NCBI GenBank assembly: GCA_010909165.1
Contig: MU008165.1
Location: forward strand, 868,001 to 932,000
Reading direction: 5' to 3'
Source: Anthoceros angustus
Lineage: Eukaryota; Plantae; Anthocerotophyta
Length of the DNA stretch: 64,000 nucleotides
Under the pieces are notes generated by a model. It did no database searches and was not told the origin of the DNA. It was given only the letters and a program-made list of their open reading frames with translations. This document shows positions 52,348 through 64,000 of this stretch, one piece after another. Position 1 is the first letter of the stretch, and every line of letters begins with the position of its first letter. The translations under genes were made by a program, and so were the position numbers.

Positions 52348-54249
52348 ATCGGCATCCGTTGTCTTGATCTCTTCTCCACCCGGACCGCGACAGAAAATGG
52401 ATGATCGCCCGGCAAGCCTTTTGATTAAGAAAGTAATGTCCTACCCGATCCCACCATCGTGAAGATTAGGACACCCAAGCACAAGACTACAAGACACAAA
52501 TCAAATAACACTCACTCAAAGGCAAGGCGGAGGAGTGGCGCCATGTTGACATTGCATGCATTGGGTTCATCGCCTTGCTTGTCCGGCTTCTCGCTTCTCA
52601 TGTCCATCGACCTACGAATTGAGGCTTAGAAACCTCACAATCGGCATCTTGCGGATCCCCGCCGAATGCAATTGTTTAGGAAGACTTAAGGAAGTAAGGA
52701 TAGTCCAGACGCCTGTCCACAAAACAGAGTGCAAACACCTCCGCTTCATCGGTGCTGTGCGTCGCAGTGAGCATCTTTGTCAGCGGCCCCTTCCAAAAGC
52801 ACAAGAAGAGAAAACACAAACTAGTTCTACAGACTGGCTGAAGATAGCAAACCACTATAAGGTAATGTCCACCTTTGTCCACGCCACTCGTTTGGCGCAC
52901 ATGAGACACCATGCACAGAGACTGGCGGCGGTGCCTTAACTACATATTCATTGGTGTACACCATCCTTTGTGATACGCAAACGCAGTCATAATCTCATTA
53001 CACCTAGGGTTTGCGGAGCCGCTATTGCTATTTTTAAATATTTAATGTTACCAAGAACGCGGATTTGTGCATTTCCACTAGATATGCCATGATGCGGACC
53101 TAATTAGGGTGCCAGCGTCGGCAAGCTCTTCTTCCCTCGGTGCGAGTGAGCGTAATACACACTCTCTGCGGCGCGCCCATTTCCTGCTGAAGGATTGGGT
53201 GGGCGGCAGTTGTGGAGCTCGAGCAAGCGCCAGCGCAGGATCACCATTGGAGGAGACGGTTGAACGCGAGGCATCGGATTGGACGCGACGCCGATCGCGG
53301 CAACGTTGCCATCTCTTGTGTGATTGCGGTTTGGCGTTTGATTGCGCTCTGACGACCATGTCTTTCTAGTTTCATTAGAACACACCATGGCCATGGCTAG
53401 TGGGAGGCAGCAAGAAGGACTGCAAGATGGGCCTCTGTTGGCCCCACCCGGTGGAAAAGCCGCGCAAGCATCGCAAGACAACAGGAAGAAGGCGACACTT
53501 TGCGCGAGAAGGTGGAGCGTGTGTCTGAACCGGAGGATCACTTGGAGGCAAACCGGTAATCGACCATGGTTCGGGAGGAGCCCAGTCTCGGGAAAGTCGG
53601 ATCGCTGGGTGCAGGGCAGCAAGCGGTGGCGGAGGGTGGGCTGGCCAAACCACCTAGGGCAAAAGCTCCAACCATTCCCTTCTCCTTACACATACGAGGA
53701 ATCATCATGATCCGCGCCACAAAAAGTAGAAGAAACTAATGCTGGACAGAGTGGTTTTAACTAACTGGGAGCGGCTGAACGAATCCGACTCCAATCAAGT
53801 TTGGATGTATGGACAGGAGCCTTGCGAATCGAGGGCAAAGGGTGGGTGGTATGGGCAACAATTGATATGGAGGAACAAGAGCCACCTCGAGATCCTATGC
53901 ATCGGAAGGCCATATGAATTCAACACTCTTCCAGAATAATGTAAGATTATAGTGTGTTTACGTGAGTCAGCCAACTTCAATGCCCGCAAGTGTGAGCCGC
54001 GAGCCTTGTCCTGAAATTTCGAGAAGCTAGTGAAGTGTGAGTGCTACCCATCACAACCTTTTTAGCATTGCTTGTTGTTTCAAATGGAGAAACGCTCACC
54101 TTGCCGCTATTTCTCTTGCGATCTGGTTTGGTCTGCTCAGTAAGAGAAGTGTCTGAAAACTATCGAAGCCATTACCTCCTCCATCAAAACTCACAGTAGA
54201 GGTTTCATATCGGACAACGCGCCAAGGACTTGGTGTGTTTGCAAGGGAA

Positions 54250-57200
54250 ATGGCATTTGTGGAGGATGAAGAGAATGAGTTTGGGCCATCGGATGAAGAA
54301 GATGGGCCCGGATGTTTTGGGACATTCGGATGATGAGGCTTGGGCATGGTGGAGAAGGTCTTGGTGGGGATGTCGTGTTGGACCTCCTAGGCGGCAATGG
54401 ATATCCTATCCCATATATCGGTGTTGAGGAAGTGGGAGGGAGGCGGCATGCGGCGCCTCACTGCATCCCATCTGGAGACACCCTAGCACGTTGGGTGGGT
54501 GAAGCCCGCCGAGGCTAGAGTGGGCATGAGAGCGGGGTGGGCGGCATGCGCCCGCTTGGCGAAGAAGGGAAGAGGGGCGCCGCAGCAAACATGGGAAGAA
54601 GGCGCCGGCATGCGGCGCCGCTGCGGACATGGAAGAAGGCGCCGGCATGCCGCGCCGCACTCGGGAAGGGCGCGGCATGCGCGCCCCCTCGTCGAGGAGG
54701 AAGAGGCGCGGCATGCGCCCGGCGGGGTGAGGGCGCGGCATGCGCCCTCGCTCGGGAAGAAGGGCGCGGCATGCGGCGCCGCGCGACGATGGTGAAGAAG
54801 GAGCCGCGGCATGCCGCGCCCACCCTTCCAAGGAGGGTCCATACTCCCGACTCCTCTCCACTTCACAAAAGACAAAAACAGGCAAAGGGATCGGCAGAGT
54901 ATGAGAACACAATCTCGAGGAGTCACGCAAGATGTGCAAGCGGCACCACCATCCGACAAAGAATGAGATTCAAACTCTTCATGTGGAAACCGGCGGTGGC
55001 GCTTGGCGGCGTCGCACATGGAGGAAGACTATCCGACAATGCGATACCGTGCATACTCCAAAAGGTTGTTCCAAAGCTTTTGGTAAAAGCGGAAAATTTG
55101 CGCCTTCATTCCCGACCCTCGATGCCCGGATCCGGAAAGTTGATGAGGCATGGGCCAATTATCTTGCTCGCGTCATTGCTAAGGGAGGATTGAAGAAGGA
55201 GTGCTTCCTCTTCTATGTATGATTGATCCTGCAGTGCGAGGACATTGAATTTTGATTGGAAAGGTTTAGGCGAAGAAGTATGTCATGGGCGTATTAGGTG
55301 GAAACCATACCCACGCAGCCATGAGGCACCTTGCGGATATCTCACCGGGAAGGCGTTTTCGTGGATCAAGCCCATGTGTATTGTGGCCTATCTCGAGATG
55401 AGGATTTTGGCTACCGATCACAACCAGATGGCGGACAAGCGAAAGAAGATGAATTTTATTGAGCAGGTTCAGTATCTCCGGGATGAGTTGCGATAGCTAA
55501 GCGGGATCATGTCATCATGTCCATGAACTGGAAATTCAATCTCTACAAGGTGCTTGGTTTGATTGAAGACGATGAAGGCCGAGAAGATGAGCAAGACAAG
55601 GTGGACAATGTAACCATATCATGCATTGCAAAACTAGAGGGCAAGGTCCGGGAGAATGTGGACAAAATTTTTTGAAGTGGGAAGCGGGTGAGCTACCCGA
55701 GCAAAGCGAAGCAGACAAGCAAAAGAGCAAAGGTAAGCGGAAGGCAAGCGAGGAGACAAAACAAGTTGATGGAGTTTTGTGAAGCCCAAAGAGATGCAGG
55801 GAAGCCGTGGCGAAGCTTTCAAGGAATCCCTTCGAGAGTCGGGACAACAGATGTTGATAAGTGCACGGAGAAATCTTGGGCCTCTTGGACTGAGCAGAAT
55901 GTCGAAGGAAGTTACACTCGGAAGAAATTTCACGTCATTCGTGGCAATGGCAAAACATCCGGATTGTGACTCATTCGAATTGGTGAGACAAGAATACCCT
56001 CAACACTCCTCGGACGAAGTTATTGCAAGATTTCAAACCGCATTTGAGGGCAAGGTAACCATATTTCCTTCCATATTCTGCAAGGCGATTGTGAGGGCGC
56101 CGGCAGGCCGGCGCCCTCTTCTGTAATGGCTTTCCAGTCCCTCACGCTAACTCCTGATGGTTGCCATTCCATGCAGCAAGTGAAAGATGTTGAGGACCTA
56201 AAGAAATTACCTGATGATTTTCAAGCCTTTATTCTCGAGGTCCATACATGGAAGGGACTTGAAAATGAGCAAAGAGCGCTAGCAGATATGGACATGGAGG
56301 AAGGGCTTCAATCGTTCACAGTGCCAAAAACAGAGGACATTGTCAAGTACCAGGTCATTTCTAGAGATGCAGCAGATATGAGGGGGTTTCTAAGGGTCCG
56401 CAAGTACACCCTGATGGTCATGGACGTACCCAGAGGATTCAACAGAGGTAAACATGATGTGAAGTTAGACCACTTTCAATTGGGAAAAATATTTCACTCG
56501 TTCCATGACATGACCAGCTGCCAGGAGATGAGAATGATAGTGATGCATGGTGTTGAAGAGCAGCATGTTGTGAGGGAGGCCATGCGAAAGTGGTGCAGGG
56601 AGGAGGGTTGGTGTCTTTTGTATGGGACAAAACGAACATGCACAACGACTTGGGTGGGTATGACACTATGGAGTACATCACTATAGGATGGGGGTTAACA
56701 TCGACAGTCAAAGGTCAAAAATCTGCATGATCCCTACTAACATCCATGGGTCTTTCAATAATGGGCGGGCAGTCATTGGCCACCCTACGTTGTGAAGAAG
56801 TTGTTGTACATCATTGGACAAGCCGGTGGTCCGGCTTACCAAAGGCCTTTGGCTTTGATGATGAAGCTCATCAAAAGTTTCTCGAAGGAGGGGTGGATTT
56901 TGGATGTTTCAGCCGGTAGGTCAACAACATTGGGAGCTTTGCTATGCGGGCAAGCGCATTGCAATCGAGGTGGACAAGAGGTGCGCAGAGTTCATTCCCC
57001 AGAGAATCCATGGGTACGAAGTTCTCCCAGACGCAGAAGAGGAGTTGAATCATGAGCCACATCGTCGAGGACCGACCCAGTTCTGGGCAAAAGAGGTTAG
57101 TTTGTCTGAGAAGGATGGGTCACAGTCGCAGGTTGTGCGTTTGGCCGCCAGCAGAATGAAGGAGAAGTCCGGCGACCTCCTAGACGTTGGGCAGCAGACA

Positions 57201-57317
57201 CTGGACGCTGTATGGCCGCAACACGACTCCAGCACTGGCGCTGGAGATGACCATGCCTCCGAAGACAATGCCATGGAGGAAATTGACAACTTTGAGGACA
57301 CGAGCACGCTCGACTGA
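54250..57317 (+). CDS. ParB-like domain + beta-class N6-adenine/N4-cytosine DNA methyltransferase-like protein (5' end uncertain)
   Basis: VLGGNHTHAAM at ~55291-55323. In-frame GT-AG intron 56055-56176. LMVMDVPRG (motif IV, 56411-56437), then PAYQRPLALMMKLIKSFSKEG-WILDVSAG-STT...IAIEVD (motifs X, I, II). Confidence 0.75.
54440..54830. repeat. GC-rich CGGCATGC minisatellite in the cargo gene region
   Basis: Repeated GAAGG(G)CGC(C)GGCATGC. Confidence 0.85.
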
Positions 57318-57849
57318 AAGGACTTGAAGTAGTCATGGATAGCGTGTCTGGACAATTTCCTCCGGAAACTCAAACCGGCATGGAAGACCTTTGTACTTAG
57401 GTTCCATCAATCCTGCTCCCTTTTGACATAGACATGTTTGGAACATTGTAATATGAGGGTAGTCGCATGCCTCCGCCTACTCTCTCCTTCTCGCATAAGA
57501 CATGAAAAAGCTGTTTTGGGGTTCTTCATATCACGTCGTAGTGAATGCACCGTTTGCCACAATGCAGGCGCCGGACGGCGCCCGCCCTTATCCACCATTA
57601 GCTGCGCTTAAAAACACGTAATCGATCATTCAACCAAGGCACTCGCCCTTACACGTTAGGACACACACTTATCGGCGGTTTGATTCTTGTTGAGATTTTC
57701 CGGAAGCGGCTTCTTTTCAGGTGGAAGCGGCTTTGTATATTGAGCCGCTTCAAATATTAGCGTGTTAAACCCTGATTTCTGCTGGCTCTAAGCGGGCTGC
57801 TCAACGTGCTTGTGGGACGACCACACCAAGGGTGTGCGAATGTTTTGAA

Positions 57850-58840
57850 TCATGAGCCGGAGCAAGGCTGAACGTGGCCTGAGGCGGAGTGTGAAGATGG
57901 CGGCGTGCGAGAAGGAAAATTGGCATTTAGGGCTGGAAACGGCTATTGTTGAAGTCCCACCTGCAGCCGTCACGAGAGAACTCCTACTGTGGCAATGGAC
58001 ACCGTTGCGAAAAGCCATCACACAAGAAAAGGGGGCGGCTGTGGTAGGCTTTAGCACAGGCCTTGATGAACCTGGAGAAATCCTTGCCCATGGCCCCGTG
58101 AGTCTCGATGGCAAGGGGGATGAAGGCGTGGCCCTTCTTGCATGGGCGAGTACTTGTGAACGTTCGTTGTCGCGCATCTCTCCGCCACCCAACCTGGAGG
58201 GTTGATGATGACGTGCTTGCAGACGGTGTCCCGGGCAAGGTCTGTTACGGCCACATCCTGCGACGGTCCCCCTCGGCCGAGAACATGGCGTCGCGGACGG
58301 GCGTGATGCGTAGCAATGCGCTGCCCGCCCGGTGGAGCGAGGGCTACGGCGAGTCTAAAGAGAGCAGGCCAAAGGTTGGACCAAACCCAGGCGGAACCTC
58401 ATCGCGGTAGAAAAAGAAGCCGGTGCGACTAGAAATACCTTGATGCAAGGTCGGGCTAGAAGCCATGAACCTGCTCCCTTCCCCGAGCAAGAGCGGAGGC
58501 GAGCTCGAGCTGGTCAAGGAATGGAGGAATCGAGGAGCAAAGCCAGCTGCACGTGCCCATACTTCTTCTCATGGAGGGAGGCCAAAAGCCCCACGCAGCC
58601 CGTCCATGAGAGCGAGGGCAGATGCGGCATGACCGCCTAGCCTCGGAGGATAGGACACCCCTAGCCAATCTTGGGACAAGCATGCAGGGAAGGCGCCTCC
58701 TCGGCCTTGGGGGCGAAGGCCTTGAAGATGCGGTAATCCCTGTGGATTAGGAAATGGGAGGCCTAGATGCGGGTTGAGAGGACCAAGCTCAAGCGTCGTG
58801 CGGATGCCTTGCAGGCGCACTCTAAGGGCCGCTCTTGGTA
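57850..58840 (-). mobile_element. CRE-like RLE fragment, unit 8
   Basis: ORF 57984-58238 has FIPLAIETHGAMG. Confidence 0.75.
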
Positions 58841-59656
58841 GGTAAGCAATTGCATTCATGTGAGCACTTCCTCAACGGACAACCAAGCAAAACAAGTCTA
58901 ATATGCAAATACCAATTTGTAACACTAGGAGAGAGTAGCTTGCGTTGTGGTTTTCCTCCCACACTCTCCCACGAGAACAACACGCAAATTGGCACATGGC
59001 TCTCGGAGTGATAGCTTTGGCCTCCTCACAACTCTCTTGCATTGCATATGTAGAGGACAAGTTATGATGTGAGCTTGTCCTTTGTGAAAGGGTCCATATA
59101 GATATACTAGCCCTTGGCATTGGCATATTCCTAAGATATCCTATTGGCAGACGTACAGGAAATATCCAAAGAATACACCATAATATGCAAGGAATATGCT
59201 AAAGCATATAACTTGTGTTTATCCACTTAGTTATTGCTAACCGTGTTTAATTAACGATGTCGATGCTTAATTAACATAACCACTTCATATTAATTAATTA
59301 ATACTAATTACTTACTTAATGATAAGTCATTAGATTAATTAATGCTAGATATAAATGAATTTAACCACTTATATTAATTAATTAATACTAATTACTTACT
59401 TAATGATAAGTCATTAGATTAATTAATGCTAGATATAAATGAATTTAACATAAATCAGCACTATCTCTTTCTAAAATAGATGCCAATATACCAATCGACA
59501 CAGTAGTTGAAAATTTACCAATTTACTAGTTGCCAATATGAAGCTCGTAGTTTCTCATGGGGTATAAATGGCGAGACTTAAATCGAAAGCTGCTCTCGGA
59601 CTCGAACTTGAAATCTTGTTATCCATTCTTCTTGCATGTAACTTTTCATAATTCTA

Positions 59657-61535
59657 TGATCTACGGTTGTTAAGGTTTGTTCAATGAAGATTGATGTTCT
59701 CCTTACGGAGGGATGAGTTTATGCATGTATATTCCTATGTGTGCTAACGAATTCATTCTCTCTACTTGTTCTCTGAGTTTCCTAGAGGGCACGTAAATTA
59801 CCCAAAGGCGAGACCTAAACCGAAAGATTTCCTCCGCCATGAACTTAAAAATCTCACATTCTTGCAAATATCTTTTAATAATCGTGTGATCTACTGATTT
59901 GTTAAGGTATGTTCCATGAAGATTCATGTTCTCCTTTATAGAGGATGGGTGTATGCATGTGTATTCGGCGCGTGTTAAAATTCATTCTTTCTACTTGTTC
60001 CCTGGTTTTCCCTAGAGGGCACGTAAATTACCCAAAGGCGAGACCTAAACCGAAAGATTTCCTCCGCACCATGAACTTAAAAATCTCACATTCTTGCAAA
60101 TATCTTTTAATAATCGTGTGATTTACGGTTGTTAAGGTTTGTTCAATGAAGATTCATGTTCTCCTTTACGGAGGGATGAGTTTATGCATGTATGTTCCTA
60201 TGTGTGCTAACGAACTCATTCTCTCTACTTGTTCTCTACAGGTTTCCCTAGAGGGCACGTAAATTACCCAAAGAGCGAGACCTAAACCGAAAGATTCCTC
60301 CGCCATGAACTTAAAAATCTCACATTCTTGCAAATATCTTTTAATAATCGTGTGATCTACTATTAAGGTATGTTCCATGAAGATTCATGTTCGAATCCCG
60401 ACCAACTTCAAATCTTGTTATCCATTCTTCTTGCATGTAACTTTTCATAATTCTATGATCTACGGTTGTTAAGGTTTGTTCAATGAAGATTGATGTTCTC
60501 CTTTACGAGGGATGAGTTTATGCATGTATATTCCTATGTGTGCTAACGAATTCATTCTCTCTACTTGTTCTCTGTTTCCTAGAGGGCACGTAAATTACCC
60601 AAAGGAGACCTAAACCGAAAGATTTCCTCCGCGCCATGAACTTAAAAATCTCACATTCTTGCAAATATCTTTTAATAATCGTGTGATCTACTGTTAAGGT
60701 ATGTTCCATGAAGATTCATGTTCTCCTTTATAGAGGGATGGGTGTATGCATGTGTATTCCTGTTAAGTCTAATTCATTCTTTCTACTTGTTCCCTCTGTT
60801 GTTCCCTAGAGGGCACGTAAATTACCCAAAGGCGAGACCTAAACCGAAAGATTTCCTCCGCACCATGAACTTAAAAATCTCACATTCTTGCAAATATCTT
60901 TTAATAATCGTGTGATCTACGGTTGTTAAGGTTTGTTCAATGAAGATTCATGTTCTCCTTTACGGAGGGATGAGTTTATGCATGTATGTTCTATGTGTGC
61001 TAACGAATTCATTCTCTACTTGTTCTCTGCAGTTTCCCTAGAGGGCACGTAAATTACCCAAAGGCGAGACCTAAACCGAAAGATTCCTCCGCACCATGAA
61101 CTTAAAAATCTCACATTCTTGCAAATATCTTTTAATAATCGTGATCTACTGTTGTTAAGGTATGTTCCATGAAGATTCATGTTCTCCTTTATAGAGGGAT
61201 GGGTGTATGCATGTGTATTCTGCGTGTTAACGAATTCATTCTTTCTACTTGTTCTCGGTTTCCCTAGAGGGCACGTAAATTACCCAAAGGCGAGACCTAA
61301 ACCGAAAGATTTCCTCCGCACCATGAACTTAAAAATCTCACATTCTTGCAAATATCTTTTAATAATCGTGTGATCTACTGTTAAGGTTTGTTCAATGAAG
61401 ATTCATGTTCTCCTTTATAGAGGGATGAGTTTATGCATGTATGTTCTATGTGTGCTAACGAATTCATTCTCTCTACTTGTTCCCTCAGTTTCCCTAGAGG
61501 GCACGAAATTACCCAAAGGCGGGACCTAAACCGAA
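59657..61535 (+). repeat. ~230-bp modules, unit 9 (3 + truncated + 5)
   Basis: Restart junction at ~60390. Confidence 0.9.
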
Positions 61536-61567
61536 AGAAATACTCCTATTTATCAATCTTTAAAATT

Positions 61568-62390
61568 ATGGAGTCCACAATGAAAATTGAAGTGAGAATG
61601 TTTGAAGAAAGATACATATGTGGAAAATGTATCTGAAGGAGGTTTTTCCAAAGTCTATGAATGCTATGACAAATATGGAAAGATATTTGCCTGCAAAATT
61701 ATGAAAAATCTAAAGACATAAATGATGCAATATGTAGAGATCAACACTCTTGATCTCTTCCAAAATATTCTCATATTATTAACACAAAAGTGTTCATGAG
61801 GATATTGAACATATTTATATTGTGATGGAGCTATGTACCAATGGTACACTAAAGGATGAACTAAAAAGGGGAGCTTATTGTGAAGAGGATGCAAAAATAC
61901 TTATGTTTAACCTAATGGAGGCAATCAATTTTGCCACGGGCATAATGTTATGCATCGCGATTTGAAACCGGCTAATATACTATTACTTAGCCGTCTCAAA
62001 GTCATACTAGCAGACTTTGGTTTGTCTGTTCCATGTCTCCAAAACGAACATGAATTATTGTACAGGGGAGCTGCAGGAACCCCATGTTACATGGCTCCGG
62101 AGGTATTGGAGTCGGAAGACGATGTAAACATAAGCTATACTTCAAAAGCCGATATTTGGAGCGCAGGAGTCATTTTGTATGAAGTTTTAACCGGAAATCG
62201 TCCTTATATAGGATATGAGTTCGACGCCGAAAAAGAAGAATGGATAACTCAATTGGACCTAGATGAGTGGCCCAACATCTCACACGAAGTGAAAGATCTA
62301 CTACACTCAATGTTACATTTAGAACAAGAGTGTAGACCGGATGCGCAAGTTCTAAACCATTCTTGGTTTTGCTCGCTATCTTATATATGA
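61568..62390 (+). CDS. Ser/Thr protein kinase domain, unit 9 (best-preserved C-lobe)
   Basis: ORF 61950-62390: HRDLKPANILL...LADFGLS...GTPCYMAPE...DIWSAGVILY...RP..QVLNHSWF. Confidence 0.95.
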
Positions 62391-62773
62391 AAGATAGTAA
62401 TTTTATTATATAAGAACTTTTATTTGTATTATATATTTTTAATATAATGATTTTTATTTTAACTTTATTCATAATTTCATTAAACCACTCTTGGCCTCTT
62501 TCTTGTGAGAAAGTCTTCAAGCCATGCAAGCGGCATGAAAATTGATGTAGTGAAGAGATTGGAGTATATCGCTATGTGTTTAGCCGTGAGTCTTTTGGTC
62601 ATTGTCATAGCATGGCATAATAGCATCGGACAATTTCTTCTTCTATAGCTACATATTATAGTTACTAAATCGCATGTTAGAATCTTGACGGGTTCGCAAA
62701 CCCCGATTCTGCGGCTCTAAGCGGGCTCAACGTGCTTGGGACGACCACACCAAGGGTGTGCGAATGTTTTGAA

Positions 62774-63710
62774 TCATGAGCCGAGCAAGGTAACGTGGCC
62801 GAGGCGGAGTGTGAAGATGGCGGCGTAGAAGGAAAATTGGCATTTATGGAAACGGCTATTGTTGAAGTCCCACCTTGCAGCCACGAGAGAACTCCTGCAC
62901 AGGCAATGGACACCCGTTACGAAAAGCCATCACACAAGAAAGGGGTGGTAGGCTTTAGCACAGCCTTGATGAACTGGAGAAATCCTTGCCCATGGCCCCG
63001 TGAGTCTCGATGGCAAGGGGATGAAGGCGTGGCCCTTCTTGCATGGGCGAGTACTTGTGAACGCTCGTTGTCGCGCATCTCTCCGCCACCCAACCCGGAG
63101 GGTTGATGATGGCGTGCTTGCGGTGTCCCGCAAGGTCATTGTAGCCACATCCACACCGAAACGGTCCCCTCGGCCGAGAACATGGCGTCGCGGACGGCGT
63201 GATGCGTAGCAATGCGCTGCCCGCCACCGGAGAGCGAGGGCTACGGCGAGTCTAAAGAGAGCGCCAAAGGTTGGACCAAACCAAAGTGAACCTCATCGGT
63301 AGAAAAGAAGCCGGTGCGACTAAAATACCTTGATGCAAGGTCGGGCTAGAAGCCATGAACTGCTCCTTCCCGAGCAAGAGCGGAGGCGAGCTCGAGTGGT
63401 CAAGGAATGGAGGAATCGAGGAGCAAAGCCCGCGTGCCCATACAAGTTTCTTCTCATGGAGGGAGGCCAAAGCCCCACGCCGTCCAGAGAACGAGGACGA
63501 ATGCGGCATGACCGCCTAGCCTCAGAGGATAGGACACCCCTAGCCAATCTTAAGGACAAGCATGCAGGAAGGCGCCTCCTCGGCCGAGACGAAGGCCTTG
63601 AAGATGCGGTAATCCCTGGGGATTAGGAAATGGGAGGCCTAGATGCGGGTTGAGAGGACCAAGCTCAAGCGTCAGGCCATGCTCAGGCGACTCTAAGGGC
63701 CGCTCTTGAG
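62774..63710 (-). mobile_element. CRE-like RLE fragment, unit 9
   Basis: Same motifs as unit 1. Confidence 0.75.
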
Positions 63711-64000
63711 GTAAGCAATTGCATTCATGTGAGCACTTCCTCAACGGACAACCAAGCAAAACAAGTCTAATATGCAAATACCAATTTGTAACACTAGGAG
63801 AGAGTAGCTTGCGTTGTGGTTTTCCTCCCACACTCTCCCCACGAACAACACGCAAATTCGCACATGGCTCTGAGTGATAGCTTTGGCCTCCTCACAACTC
63901 TCTTGCATTGCATATGTAGAGGACAAGTTATGATGTGAGCTTGTCCTTTGTGAAAGGGTCTATATATCTAGGCCTTGGCATTGGCATATTCCTAAGATAT

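Larger units (their letters stand above)
48160..57766 (-). mobile_element. Sola-like DNA transposon carrying a cargo gene
   Basis: 34-bp TIR AACACGCTAATATTTGAAGCGGCTCAATATACAA with its reverse complement ending at 57766. 4-bp TSD AAAC (48156-48159, 57767-57770). The empty site in other units reads TTCGCAAACCCCG. Confidence 0.9.
1..64000 (+). repeat. Tandem array of a ~3.6-kb kinase-containing unit (9 units, interrupted by 3 insertions)
   Basis: The same module order recurs. The kinase-exon ATGGAGTCCACAATG is at 889, 5281, 8830, 14871, 29251, 34903, 38600 and 61568; the shortest spacings are 3549 and 3697 bp. Confidence 0.97.

Overview
Eukaryotic, plant-like, repeat-dense DNA. The whole window is a head-to-tail array of a ~3.6-kb unit (9 units, several expanded or interrupted). 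Each unit has 2-3 AT-rich ~84-bp repeats, a short first exon, 3-11 copies of a ~230-bp intron+exon module, an uninterrupted CAMK-group Ser/Thr kinase exon, and a convergent, internally deleted CRE-like non-LTR (RLE endonuclease) fragment. Three insertions interrupt the array. (1) An unclassified retroelement-like block at 18417-27213 with a nested full-length Copia at 20341-25360. (2) A CACTA element at 38815-47229 (TSD CAT) inside a kinase exon. (3) A Sola-like DNA transposon at 48160-57766 (TSD AAAC) that carries, divergent from its transposase, a spliced gene with ParB-like and beta-class N6A/N4C DNA methyltransferase motifs. Most ORFs are frameshifted, but the indels cluster at CG/CHG sites and homopolymers, which suggests long-read errors rather than true decay. 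All protein calls are from motif recognition by eye; no searches were run.
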